In this document: positions 26,201 to 36,024 of the stretch, piece by piece
Position numbering within the stretch: position 1 is the stretch's first letter
Layout of the letters: each line of letters starts with the position of its first letter
NCBI GenBank assembly: GCA_977016875.1
Contig: CDRNST010000123.1
Coordinates: 5,456,001-5,520,000 of the forward strand
DNA length: 64,000 bases
Direction of reading: 5' to 3'
Origin: Pavona decussata
Taxonomy: Eukaryota
The notes under the pieces: model-generated
The model's database searches: none
The model's input: only the letters and a program-made list of their open reading frames with translations
What the model was told of the DNA's origin: nothing
Position numbers and translations under genes: made by a program

Positions 26201-29200
26201 CCGGCGGAGTCGGCTCGTAGCACTGCGGAATATTAGGCTTGAGCTGGTTTTAAAAAATGCCAATACTCTTTGCACTATGCTGGCCGGAGGTTTCAGTTCG
26301 TAGTGCCATGGAGAGTTAGGCTATTAGATTGTTTTAGTTTTGGACCTGCCTACAACTTGTCCGATCCAGTGCTGGTCATTAATACAGTTTGATAGCGCTG
26401 GGGAGATAAGTAAGGCTTTATGGTCATGCTATGGGAGTCGTCTGTCACGCCAATCACGGAGCGGTGTTCCCCCTTTACGCCAAACATCACGTTGTTATTA
26501 TTTGCCTGTCGAGATCTCTAGTTAACTTTATGGTAATAGGAACTGTGACATTAAATTTTATTTTGAGAAATTATAAATTACAATTATTCAACACTTGGGG
26601 AGTGGGACCTCCCATATGAAAACGACATGAGTGATGAATTATCATAACTTACATGACTGTATGGTATAGAGAAAAATTAATTTGTGGATTTGTACCACTT
26701 GGGGGTGATTAGAGTTATGGTAATTTAACTTTTAGGGAATTAAGCTTCAGGAAAAGCCTATGCAGCAAGACTGCAAGGTGATACAGGTAATTTATTTATA
26801 ACTTTACCAAACTCAGCAATCCACTACAGCATATAAATCAAAGAGGCACACTAAATTCTGGTACTTTCTTGCATCCTATGGTACCACCAATTGTGAAATT
26901 ACAAGATTTGCAGATGCCCATACTACCTTTCGTTCTTATCGCGTAAGCTTGTGGCTTCAACATCGAACATCATCAATAAATAACAGCTGCATGTATACAG
27001 AAATGCTGAGGGTAACAATACAATAGCCTTGAACAAGTGCATGTCGTATTACTAGGGATGCTTTCCATTTGGCCAAAAAATTCCAGAAATTCTGGGTGAG
27101 AAATCAACAGACAGAAATTGCTGCTTTTTGCTGGAAACTAACCCTATGCGTCCCATTGCCAATGGTCCTATAACTAGCAAATGAATATAATGCTTAATAA
27201 AGGTTAGTAGACAAAAAAGTACACTTACCAATTCGCCTTTTCCCATCTCGAAAGAAAAGAGTATTAGAATGATTTTTATTCTGTAAAAATAAAATGAAAT
27301 ATAACATTTTATTGAGCTTAACTTTTTTAACCTTTTCAACAGTTACTGGCAGAAGCGATGACAATGGTGGCAAAGGCAATCATGATGATGATGATGATGA
27401 TGATGATGCAACTTTATTTGATATGCGTCTGTCATGTGCTTATAAATGCATGCCAAATAAAGGTTATAATTATAGTTGTGTTTCTTAAACTTGTGATCTA
27501 TGGACCAAATGACCGTTTTTATACTAGAGGATGCATTATCCATCTGGACAAACTTGGGCAAACATTTGTTGTTCATCTGGTTATTCGTTTCTAGTATAAA
27601 GATGGGCACAAGATGCATTATCCATCTGGGTGAACTATTTTCTGTTGTTCATCATTTAAGACAAAACAATGGAGGATAGTTTGTCCAGATGCATAATGCG
27701 TCTTGTGCCCTGGCATCTTTATACTACAGGCAAAGAACCAGATGAACAGCAAATGTTTGTCCAAGTTCATCCAGACAGATAATGCGTCCTCTAGTACAAA
27801 AACAGCCAATGTTGTACAAATATTCATTAAATAAGAGCCAGCAATCTTCACTTTCTTTTGGTGTTTCTTGCTTTCCATTTTTTCCCTATATTGTTGACAT
27901 CTACTCAGAGTGCAACTGAGAGTCAGCCAAGAACCAAAGAGCAACCTAGTAGCTTGCATGAACACATTTTTAAAGGGGCATTGTTACATATATTTTATTG
28001 TATTTGTTCAAAAATGCTCATTACAAATGTTTGACAATTCAAAGAACCTTTTCTCCAAAACAAATTTGTTCTTAGAGCACTACCTAGGAGGAAAATTAAG
28101 TGACTTTGAATTCTACAAGGAAGAACAAACTATAAACAGTTAAATTTAGTGATTTCTTCAAAATATACAGAGAGAAAGTTCTTTAAAAAATTTGTTGTTC
28201 AGTAATCCATTTCCACCCCGGTCATCAACAGCCACAGATGATAAATATTAGCTTTACGCACTAGTAGTGTTATTGTTAACAAAACACAACCATTATATTA
28301 ACAAATTTTCCATTGATACAAATACATTTAAATTTTTAGATGTTCAAAGTGATGCTAAAAATAGGTGATGCTGTGCACCCTTTTTAAAGGAACAGTTTAA
28401 CATTTGGATTGGTCTCAAATGCATTCACCAAGAGACTGAATTTACCAGAGATTTATAGTAACTAAATACTATAATTTCGCTTTTACATGTATGTGACCAC
28501 TTATTTGATGAAGTCCTTCATAAATAAATATAATACGTTTCAATAATTTTTGCTTTCAAAAAAAGTACTTGTATGCTCATTGCAGTTGATTTCTTTAAAG
28601 TTGTTTAAATACATTAAGACGAAAGGAAAAGAAAATTAAAATTTTATATATTTCACTTGAAAAAATGCGTATTTCATTTAATCCTTTAAAAAAGTTTAAA
28701 ATTCCCATAAAGTTCTGGCCATTGCAGCTTAACTTCCCACTTGCTAGCAACCCCGTTTTTGTTTTTCCTTAATATGATTTACATGTAGCACCAAGCTATA
28801 ATTTGTCGTCATGATTCAACGGAGAAGAGAATTTTTTAAACAAGAAATGAAGCTGCTTTGTTAATGTGAACACACTAATTGTTATAGACTACATTTTGTA
28901 ACTTTGACAAGTCAAGTTGAGCTTAAAAATTATTCATTTTTGGCTGCTCCCAGTAGAATCATAACCATGAATCAGGTTTTAAACCCAGGGACTTTGAAAA
29001 CAACAAAAACAGCTGGAATTAAATTGCCCTTCCAGAATATGGCCAAAACATGACTTAAGAAGAAGCTTACAATACAAAAAAAAGTACCTAGTTATTAAAT
29101 GTTTCAATTTATATTATTTTTTTGTTTCAGTCTTACAAATCTTGGAAGATTGTACTTCTTGCTTTTCCCCATCCGTTGACAGTGTTGCATATTAATTTCA

Positions 29201-32200
29201 GTCAAATTTCTTATTGTTAGGCTTCTATCCAGCCAAACAGATCAATAATTGGTTGTTGCTTTGTAGGTGGTAAGTATTTTATGCATATGTATGTAGTGAC
29301 CGCAAATACTTATTAGTAATCTAAACTTTAAAATGCCTGCCAGTAGTTTTACAACAAAAAAGCCGATCTCCTGTCGCGTAGGTAACAATAAATTAAAACT
29401 TTTACACAAAATTCAACCAATTAGAACCCCTCTAAATGTTAAACAAGACGGGAATGGAGATTTGACAGGATGGTCACTTCGTGCCATTAAAAGACAAGTA
29501 AAATTAAAAGTTCTAAGGTTTTTAAAATCCTACTTGCCAAATTCATCCTTACTTCATGCTACATATTTGAAGGATAAGCGAACTGACCAAAGATTAAATA
29601 AATTCATCATATTAACAAGTAATACTAAACAAAGAAAATACACCAAATTTTGCTTCAGAAAATATGGCTTCAAGAAGACCCAATATTTCTGTAAAGATGA
29701 CTGGATCCACTACATGTAACTAGTACTCTCAATACTTCTGTCACTGACTCTATCTTTGCATATTTAATATACCTTTATATTTACACAGTTAAGAGAACAG
29801 AAGTGCTACTATTAATAGTATTCTAATGTGCTTCATAAGCAAAAGTCTTCTATCATTCAGAGCAAAATAAGTTATAAGTTAAATGAAAAAAAGATACTAC
29901 AAGTAAGTGAAAAGCCCAAAATGATCACATACACATGTAACTTGTAATAGATGTGCATACTCTTTCAAACAAAATAAAAATTAATTATACACCACAACTA
30001 AAAAACTACCAAGCAGCTGTTTTCTAGAACTTGGGAAATGGAGATTTCATGCATCAGAGCAATTTAATTTCAGTTTTAATTTTGTAGACTTTAAATGACA
30101 GCTTAATAATAGCTCCAATTCAAGGAACACAAGGCGTGCACACACAAAATGTTTTCACTTTTAATGCAAATTTTCTAAGAAGAACAGGTGACACTGGAGC
30201 AGATAATCTAACTGACATTTAGTGTTCTTTTCTAAAACCAGTTCTGCATAGATCAATCCACCCACAGAAATTTATTTAAAATAAACATTATTTAGAAAAT
30301 AAATGTTGATCAAAGCCAAGTTCTCACAAATTCATAAAAATTTAGAAGTGTCTAAAAAAAATTAAAAAATAATATATTTACTACAAAAAATTTTAAAGTT
30401 CCACCACAAGCCTTTGGAAGTGGCCCACACGGCCAGAGCTTAACCTAGTTTCTGTAGTGCAAAACAACTACATATTGGAATATTGCTACTCCCTATAGAA
30501 AAGATGCTAGTCCATCACAAGGTAACCCCTAGCAACTGGTATCTTGCTGGTACCCAAATATACACCTGTGTGAAGATAGACGACGTAGAGCAAAGTTTCT
30601 GGTCTGAGAAAACAACACAGTAATGAAGAGACTAACCTAGCCTCGAACCACCGACCCTGTGATTTTCTGATTGAAAGTGTGATGTGCTGACCACTATGCC
30701 ACCTCTCCTCTACCAGTTTTCCATAACTCTAGATCTACCCACCCACATTAATTTGCTTAAAATAAACATTAATCAGAAAATTCAACTGCACTGTACATGA
30801 TAAAAGTCACTTTACATTTACGAAAACCAAGTTAAAAGTGTCAAAAAAATTTTTTTTTTCATGTAAGCTGGTGAGGACATTGCTTTGTGAATCTGGTCCC
30901 AGAACTGCAAATAACTACAAACTAAACTTCTAATTAATGAGGGCAAAGCCCGAATCAACTATCATGCATAGAAATTGAGAGCGAATTGAGAACAGCAGAA
31001 GAAGAGCAGAATGGGCAATTGTCGTTCTGAATCTGGAGCTGAACATTGGAGCGATTCTGAATAGCTACTGGCTGGTGTGATGGCTCTTCTCCGGAGACGA
31101 ATCCACTCAAAATGTTTGACATGTTCTCCTTCTGGTGGAAGGATTCCCTTGCATTGTACGATTCAATCAATCTGATTTGTGGCCTGTCACTGCCTTGATA
31201 TGTTTTGCCTCGCTATCTGATAACACGGTTACTGCTGTAGCTCTCATACAGCGGTTGGTGAGATGTGGAGTAATTCAATACCACACAGTTGAATCATTCT
31301 CAGTAATGAATTTTCCTGACTGTTCCCTCGGTCGCTGGAACAGGCAGTCCAATTTGGGATTGAGATGCTTGAGGAAATTCTCAATTGTTTTCACTGGGCA
31401 GGGATTGGAATTGATTACTTCAAACATCTTTCCATCGGATTCATCTGTTGAATCTTTGAGTCTGCCTTGGTGGTTTTCAGTGGACATCAGAGCACCCCTT
31501 TGGAACTCATCATACCATCTTCCTTAGGGAGTAGTCTCCAGAACCAGCATCTCTTTGGTAAGTTTTCTTTGATTTTCTAGTCCTCTTGTTCCAAAGTTAA
31601 GGGTCAAGTAGAAGTCCAAGCCATTCAGAGTAGTTGCCAGGATCGTTTCCGTTAGTGTCGTCAAGCTAACCGCTTGTGAACAATTCTTGCATTTATTCAC
31701 TGGTTATCGGGAAACAGTGAGTTCTGTTTCCCCTCAACCCTCCATGTTCACCGAAGCGAAGCCAAGAGGAACATTGAGGTTCTCAGGGAAACAAAACTCA
31801 CTGATATCATGGAGCCAGTCCTTAAGTGTTTTGCTATACCTCCCAACTCAAAATAGAACAAATTATATACAGGTACATTGTACGTTACAAATCCTAACTG
31901 CAAATAAAAAAAAAATCTAAGTATCATAAATGTTAAAACTTTGAGTGAAAATCAGGAATACACCTTTTTTTAAATTAGTTTTACTTATAAGTTAAATTCA
32001 TAGTAACTTGACAATTGCACCAGAGGTAAAAGACACGCCATCATTTCTAAGGGTAGTTTGATGTGCAAAAAAGGCATTTTGTACATTTGTACCAAGTTTT
32101 CAAGGTGCATGACCTGATCACGTGTGAGTCGAAATTTCAAGTTGTAGTTTCCCTAGGGAGTTAGTGAGTTTTGACCCATGGCACGTGACACGTTCTCCCC

Positions 32201-33337
32201 CAATCGGAAAACATATTTGAGTTGGGAGGTATGACAATAATATTTTGACACCAATAATTGGTTGTTAGTAATTATTTCTTAGCTATATATAAGCTTAATA
32301 TTATTTTTTGTAATGGGGGACTACTTTGTAAAAGCCCGTAAGGGTTTCTTTTGTCCCTCTACCTTATATCATGGGAAATAAACAATGAGAAATCAACAAT
32401 GAGAAATGAGACCGAATTGGCTGAGACTTAGTTTAGCCATTAGAAAGTAAGTTAGATAAGCGCAGAAACGAAGAAATCAACTTATTTTTAATTTGTTAGG
32501 TACCGCGGGCATTTGGACACGATACACTTAACTATAAAATTGAGCGAAAAAACTGAACGACGTTTCGGCGTCATCCTGCTACCATTATCAAGTAAAGAAT
32601 GCAACAGAAAAGACTCCATTCGCGCGAAACTATTTGTCTAACGGACATAACTCTCATTTTATGACACCTTCTGAATACACCGAAACGTCATTCCGTTTTT
32701 TCGCTCATTTTTATCGTTAACTGTCTCTCTAAATTTAATCTTATTACGAGATCATGATACACTTTGATTGAATTTCCTAGTATAGCGTGCTCTTCGATCG
32801 ACTAAGTGCTCAAAAAGTTCATTAAATTTGCACCGCTTTTCGATAAAGACCATTTTTCAAAGAGAACACTTAATACGAAACCATAAAAACAAAACAAAAC
32901 AAAACAAAACAATGCAACCTACAAACCTTTGTCGGGTTGACTTGAAGTCGATGAGATGAATCGCTCTGAGAAATTTGATCGTAAGGAGTTATTGGCGGCA
33001 CAGGACTCTCTCTATCGTCTAGTTTAACACCCGATGTCGTAGCTGTATCTTGGTCTTTTTGGCTGGCAATCGGTTCAAAACCCACAGGAGGAAGATTATC
33101 GCCATTTTGATCTCCGTGGTGATGGTATGAAGGAGCCGTCGGTTGGGCTGGTGGGCCAGCGAAGGTGTTGTAGTCATTCGTCGTGCTAGGGTGATAAATG
33201 TCTCGTGATGGCGGAGGAGGATATCCAGGCCTGTTATCATGAGGTGGATAAGGTGGTTGATGCATTTCAAAGCCTATGGGCTGAACACTGGGCTGAAAAC
33301 CCACATATGGGCCTGGCGGTGGCCCGTAGCCCGCCAT
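6..33337 (-). CDS. ANO: Anoctamin/TMEM16-family Ca2+-activated channel/scramblase, 5' part (18 exons, 616 codons in window; 3' end lies beyond position 1)
   Basis: Exons in transcription order: 33337-32927, 27280-27229, 25604-25474, 25315-25217, 23580-23438, 22659-22602, 21254-21203, 18663-18608, 14491-14435, 12772-12705, 5600-5557, 4943-4853, 4212-4107, 3626-3566, 3102-3020, 1790-1653, 799-638, 42-6. All introns are GT-AG and phases are continuous. Family motifs: [102 protein letters not shown]. The paralog number cannot be assigned by eye. Confidence 0.95.
638..799 (-). CDS. ANO: Anoctamin exon 17 (TM3-TM4: [15 protein letters not shown]...IIMLLNK)
   Basis: 162 nt, phase 0/0, ttccag acceptor, gtgtgt donor. 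Confidence 0.92.
867..1040. mobile_element. Palindromic MITE
   Basis: taatagacc...ggtctatta termini, self-complementary along most of its length. Confidence 0.75.
1041..1216. mobile_element. Second palindromic MITE abutting the first
   Basis: cattatgaaagcgaggc...gcctcgctttcataatg arms. Confidence 0.75.
1653..1790 (-). CDS. ANO: Anoctamin exon 16 (ELPRPEYE...FILFM)
   Basis: 138 nt, ttttcaag acceptor, gtaaga donor. Confidence 0.92.
2132..2370. mobile_element. PIF/Harbinger-like MITE
   Basis: TIR GCCCCAGTTGTTCAAAGGCCGGATAACTTTATCC, CTG 3-bp TSD; inverted sibling at 41786-42024. Confidence 0.8.
3020..3102 (-). CDS. ANO: Anoctamin exon 15 ([28 protein letters not shown])
   Basis: 83 nt, conserved FLEFWKRRQ motif. 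Confidence 0.93.
3566..3626 (-). CDS. ANO: Anoctamin exon 14 ([20 protein letters not shown])
   Basis: 61 nt, acag acceptor, gtaag donor, FDN motif. Confidence 0.92.
4107..4212 (-). CDS. ANO: Anoctamin exon 13 (RDICD...[22 protein letters not shown])
   Basis: 106 nt, extracellular Cys loop. Confidence 0.92.
4563..4810 (+). mobile_element. tRNA-derived SINE
   Basis: A-box tggcgcagtggtgagagc, decayed B-box, typical body (ggtactccagttttccc...ccaaattccaattcc). Confidence 0.65.
4853..4943 (-). CDS. ANO: Anoctamin exon 12 ([21 protein letters not shown]...)
   Basis: 91 nt, TM1, gtaagt donor. Confidence 0.92.
5290..5527 (+). mobile_element. Penelope-like terminal fragment carrying a decayed hammerhead motif
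   Basis: ttgact-CTGGAGA...GAAATGTC-agtcaa followed by ctcctgggttcaaaccattta, a typical PLE terminus (recalled pattern). Confidence 0.55.
5557..5600 (-). CDS. ANO: Anoctamin exon 11 ([14 protein letters not shown])
   Basis: 44 nt, signature YFGEKIxxYFAWL. Confidence 0.93.
7581..8594. mobile_element. Non-autonomous Academ(H)-like DNA transposon nested in the Sola3-like element
   Basis: TAG...CTA termini, near-perfect ~150-bp TIRs, exact 9-bp TSD GACAACAAC (7572-7580, 8595-8603). Confidence 0.85.
10839..10881 (+). ncRNA. Minimal type I hammerhead ribozyme motif (Penelope/retrozyme type)
   Basis: ATTGC-CTGATGA-A-GACTaGC(agaa)GCAGTC-GAAAC-GTC^-GCGAT: full catalytic core, stems I and II pair, palindromic ACGT stem III. 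Confidence 0.65.
12705..12772 (-). CDS. ANO: Anoctamin exon 10 ([23 protein letters not shown])
   Basis: 68 nt, QPLD motif. Confidence 0.92.
14219..14277. repeat. (TAT)n microsatellite
   Basis: Uninterrupted ATT run; source of the poly-Ile ORFs. Confidence 0.95.
14435..14491 (-). CDS. ANO: Anoctamin exon 9 ([19 protein letters not shown])
   Basis: 57 nt, tttag acceptor, gtaagt donor, joins LHE|G and RQ|LL. Confidence 0.85.
15122..15713. mobile_element. Kolobok-like MITE
   Basis: TTAA TSD; TIR AGTGCCTATGAAGCGAAAATTGT. Confidence 0.8.
16444..17963. mobile_element. Non-autonomous DNA transposon with ~320-bp TIRs (CAATGAA termini, superfamily unclear)
   Basis: CAATGAATGATTTGCCAGTAATCAGA / TCTGATTACTGGCAAATCATTCATTG; homology extends to ~16762 and ~17660. 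Confidence 0.8.
18608..18663 (-). CDS. ANO: Anoctamin exon 8 ([19 protein letters not shown])
   Basis: 56 nt, AAYPLH motif. Confidence 0.92.
18849..20442. mobile_element. Tc1/mariner-type MITE containing a nested related MITE (19366-20294)
   Basis: TA|CAGTCAACTCTCT...AGAGAGTTGACTG|TA outer; TA|CAGTCGAACCTCCC...GGGAGGTTCGACTG|TA inner; GTGGTCGCTTACGAGAG subterminal repeats. Confidence 0.8.
20550..20965 (-). mobile_element. tRNA-derived SINE
   Basis: Reverse-strand tRNA-like head (tagttcagttgggagagcacc...ggtttcaaaccc) plus body. Confidence 0.6.
21203..21254 (-). CDS. ANO: Anoctamin exon 7 ([17 protein letters not shown])
   Basis: 52 nt, ttgtag acceptor, gtatg donor; supplies the required phase 0 to 1 link. 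Confidence 0.85.
22602..22659 (-). CDS. ANO: Anoctamin exon 6 ([19 protein letters not shown])
   Basis: 58 nt, FFxxAxRxRI motif. Confidence 0.9.
23438..23580 (-). CDS. ANO: Anoctamin exon 5 (ENDMD...[12 protein letters not shown])
   Basis: 143 nt, open frame, gtaag donor. Confidence 0.88.
23855..24210. repeat. Inverted pair of tRNA-derived repeats (tRNA-like units 23924-23994 minus, 24059-24130 plus)
   Basis: ggcttgatagctcagttggtagagca...gaatcccgttcaagcc with GGCTTGA/TCAAGCC acceptor stem; T-loop (TTGAA) and anticodon arm mutated; flanks also inverted. Confidence 0.75.
24229..25134. mobile_element. Kolobok-like MITE
   Basis: TTAA TSD; TIR GGTGGCTTACTACAGTTTT. Confidence 0.8.
25217..25315 (-). 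CDS. ANO: Anoctamin exon 4 ([33 protein letters not shown])
   Basis: 99 nt, KIHAPW motif. Confidence 0.92.
25474..25604 (-). CDS. ANO: Anoctamin exon 3 (DYILAYE...[18 protein letters not shown])
   Basis: 131 nt, DYILAY and RxxFExNL motifs. Confidence 0.92.
27229..27280 (-). CDS. ANO: Anoctamin exon 2 ([17 protein letters not shown])
   Basis: 52 nt, FRDGKRRID motif, gtaagt donor. Confidence 0.9.
27381..27408. repeat. (ATG)n microsatellite
   Basis: Source of poly-Met/Asp/His ORFs. Confidence 0.9.
27510..27808. mobile_element. Palindromic MITE with internal sub-repeats
   Basis: gtttttatactagaggatgcattatc / gataatgcgtcctctagtacaaaaac arms. Confidence 0.7.
30420..30710 (-). mobile_element. SINE relic (Deu/Nin-domain type)
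   Basis: gctagtccatcacaagg...ctggtacccaaatatacacctg core; same family in the opposite orientation at ~37895-38140. Confidence 0.55.
31040..31630 (-). pseudogene. Crypton-type tyrosine recombinase (DUF3504-like) relic
   Basis: [37 protein letters not shown] (HxxR-like), [15 protein letters not shown]; stops and frameshifts. Confidence 0.75.
32927..33337 (-). CDS. ANO: Anoctamin exon 1, proximal copy (137 aa Pro/Tyr-rich N-terminus)
   Basis: Kozak context aagATGG, 411 nt open frame, phase-0 donor AAG|gtttgt compatible with exon 2. Confidence 0.78.
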
Positions 33338-35096
33338 CTTGTTTATAAACTGATTTCAATTTCGGTGAAATCCGGGAATTTCCGGAAACCGATCGGCTGA
33401 AGTACGGTGACAGTCGGAAACAGTCAACTCACAAAATGTTTGAACGGTGTAGGAATATAACGCAGCATTTCAACACCACGAAAAAATTGTACACGTTATA
33501 AAAATCAACACGTATTTCTGCGTGGTATAATGTCTACATGCATTTGATGCAATTTTATGCGTAATAATTTCTATAGCAACTAGCCTGCGAGCAAGCTCTA
33601 TACTATACTATAGCAACATGCTCTGTTCACAACTGACAAAACAACCAAGTCCAACAACAGAAGGCCGAGCAGTCTAACTGTACTAGTCATACCAATTACA
33701 AAAGTATTTAAATAGTGACTGTTTAATGAATGGATCCAGGGATGGAAGGCTTTCCGTCCTGGCCCTTTCGACCGACCCTGAGAGAGAGATAGATGACTTG
33801 TGACTCAGCAGTTGCTAGAAATCATAAACGTGTCTTAAAATAACGATGCTGTAAAATAGTGTAATTTTACTTAACAATGACGTAATTTGAGGTGCATAAA
33901 ATTAACGCGAATATTTTTTTAACTCTGCGTTTTAAATAACATGCATCGCTAATTTTCTGTAATGAAGAAGTTGTTCAAGTCCGCTGTGTAGGGGTAGACA
34001 GGGATCGGAGGGGGACAGGGTGGGGTGGTGGGTTCCTATACAAAAGTGACAAGACATAAAGATCGTCTAAGCTATTTCATGTAAGATGTAGCCTGTGAAT
34101 AGTCTTCGTAGTAGGAATAGGGTTACATTGGAAGAAAAATCGGCGAATGGAGCAACTGTGAACCCTGTCCCTTCTCTTCTGCTCCTGAGTCTCTCTACGC
34201 GTTGGCGAATGGACTTTTCGTGCAGAACAAACCTCAATTGTGCGGCAACCTGCCGTTTAGGGTGTTCGGAAACCTAAAAAATTACTGACTCCCTCTTTTA
34301 TCAGGAGTTCGCCTCGAGCTATATTTCAATATATTGTTAAGCAAAGTCAAAATTCTAAAATCTACCTCGGAACGCCTACTGCAACCCCAACCCCCCGCCG
34401 CCCCTACCCCGCTCCGGCAAGTCAATTTTCTTGAGTTCAGTTAACTCAGCCACCTCTTTTACGGTGCGTCTCAAAAATCTTGAATAAGACACCTACAGAT
34501 TTTAAAGCATCTTCAAAAAACTTTGAGTCATGGGCAGTTATCAATTAACCAATTATGTATCCATCGTTATGCAGTTATTAACCATTTATAGAAGAACGTT
34601 CATTTTGCTGTAACAAACGCCTTGATGAAGGGTTTTTAGCCTTAATTTAAGAAGTCCGTGACGGTTTTCTAAAGTCTCTGACCGTCACATGCTTTACCAA
34701 CAACCGCGTTTTCTTTTTTGTCTTTCTAAATGTCAAGCTGTTTAATTCCCTTGTGCATTGGAAACCATTTTAAAAATGAATATTCACATATCCACATAAT
34801 CTTCATTTCTGAACGGGCATGTAGGCACGGACCGTGTGGTTTTGTTATTCGGCTGAGGCACCGTCATTAAAACAGCTCATACCCGTCAATGTTTTGTGGC
34901 AATGAGCCGATATGTTAAACTCAATAGTTTCGGAAACGTAAACAGTCAATTAGAAATACAATACAAACTGCTTTTCATTAAAACTAGTATTCAGCTAAGC
35001 ACCAAACAATATAATATAGCAGAACTCAGTAAAGGAAAACACAACAGCTCTCTATAATACTCTCGATTTAATTCAAGTAAAATTAATTATACGAAC

Positions 35097-35354
35097 CTTA
35101 CATCGGAAGCTCTCGCCATTTTCCGCCTCTCTGTGGTGATCGTACGCGGATGTTTCGAACGGTGTGGCTGGTGCCGCGAAGGTGCTGTAGTCATTCTTTG
35201 TAGGGTGATAAATGTCTCGAAGAGGAGGCAGAGGGTACCCAGGTCTGTTATCATGAGGTGGATAAGCTGGTTGATGCATTTCAAAGCCTATGGGCTGAAC
35301 ACGGGTCTGAAAACCCGTGTAAGGGCCTGGCGGTGACCCGTAATTACCCGCCAT
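35097..35354 (-). CDS. Duplicated, diverged copy of anoctamin exon 1 (alternative first exon or relic), 86 codons
   Basis: [40 protein letters not shown] aligns to [39 protein letters not shown]; same caagATGG start; phase-0 AAG|gttcgt donor available. Confidence 0.6.
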
Positions 35355-35485
35355 CTTGCATCTAGTGTGCAAAAGTTCGTTTCCGCAGGCTCCCTAGGGA
35401 CATATTAAAGAGTAAAATAGGGAAAGAAGGGAAAGAAGAGAGTTCAGTGAGTGGGCACGGGGGAGGACTTTTCTCAAACCATGTA

Positions 35486-36024
35486 CAGTGGAACCCCGCT
35501 CTACGGACACCCGCTTAATACGGACACCCGGATATTACGGACAGTTTCGTTTGTCCTAACAAAAAGCTCATAAAGTTTCTCTAAAATTGTACCGGCTTAA
35601 TGCGGACACCGGTTAATACGGGCAACCGCCGGACACTTTCTCTGTGTCCCGAGTGACAAACTCTCATACATCGTCAACCCCGCTTTGCGGAAACTGGTTA
35701 TCTGCGCACTGTCTATCTCATTGTCACAATTATGTGTAGTCCTTACTCACTATGTGCCGTATGTGTCAGTTTACTTCCTTGACATTTTGCCGCAATAAAT
35801 TGCTTGCAGTCTTGTCCTCTTTGACGCCCTTTGCTTGCCCCTATCATCATCAGCCTCCGCTGGGAGGCTAATGCTAAAAGTCTCTGTTTTAGTCTTTGTA
35901 TCGATGAAACATGTGTCCGTTACGTTTTTCCATGTTTTTCTGAGAGCCCGGTTAATACGGACACCCGGATAAGACGGACACTTTGCCGTGTCCCCTTGGT
36001 GTCCGTATTAACCGGGTTTCACTG
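35486..36024. mobile_element. Tc1/mariner-type MITE
   Basis: TA|CAGTGGAACCCCG...CGGGTTTCACTG|TA; TAATACGGACAC sub-repeats. Confidence 0.8.

Noticed and set aside
27294-27618. ORFs with poly-Asp, poly-Met and poly-His
   Set aside because: Three readings of one (ATG)n microsatellite.
27618-27965. Possible anoctamin exon (MESKKHQKK)
   Set aside because: ORF runs through a palindromic MITE, the donor is weak, and it is not needed for phase continuity.
34620-34650. cttgatgaaggg...gcc hammerhead-like start
   Set aside because: No GAAA and no stem I or III.
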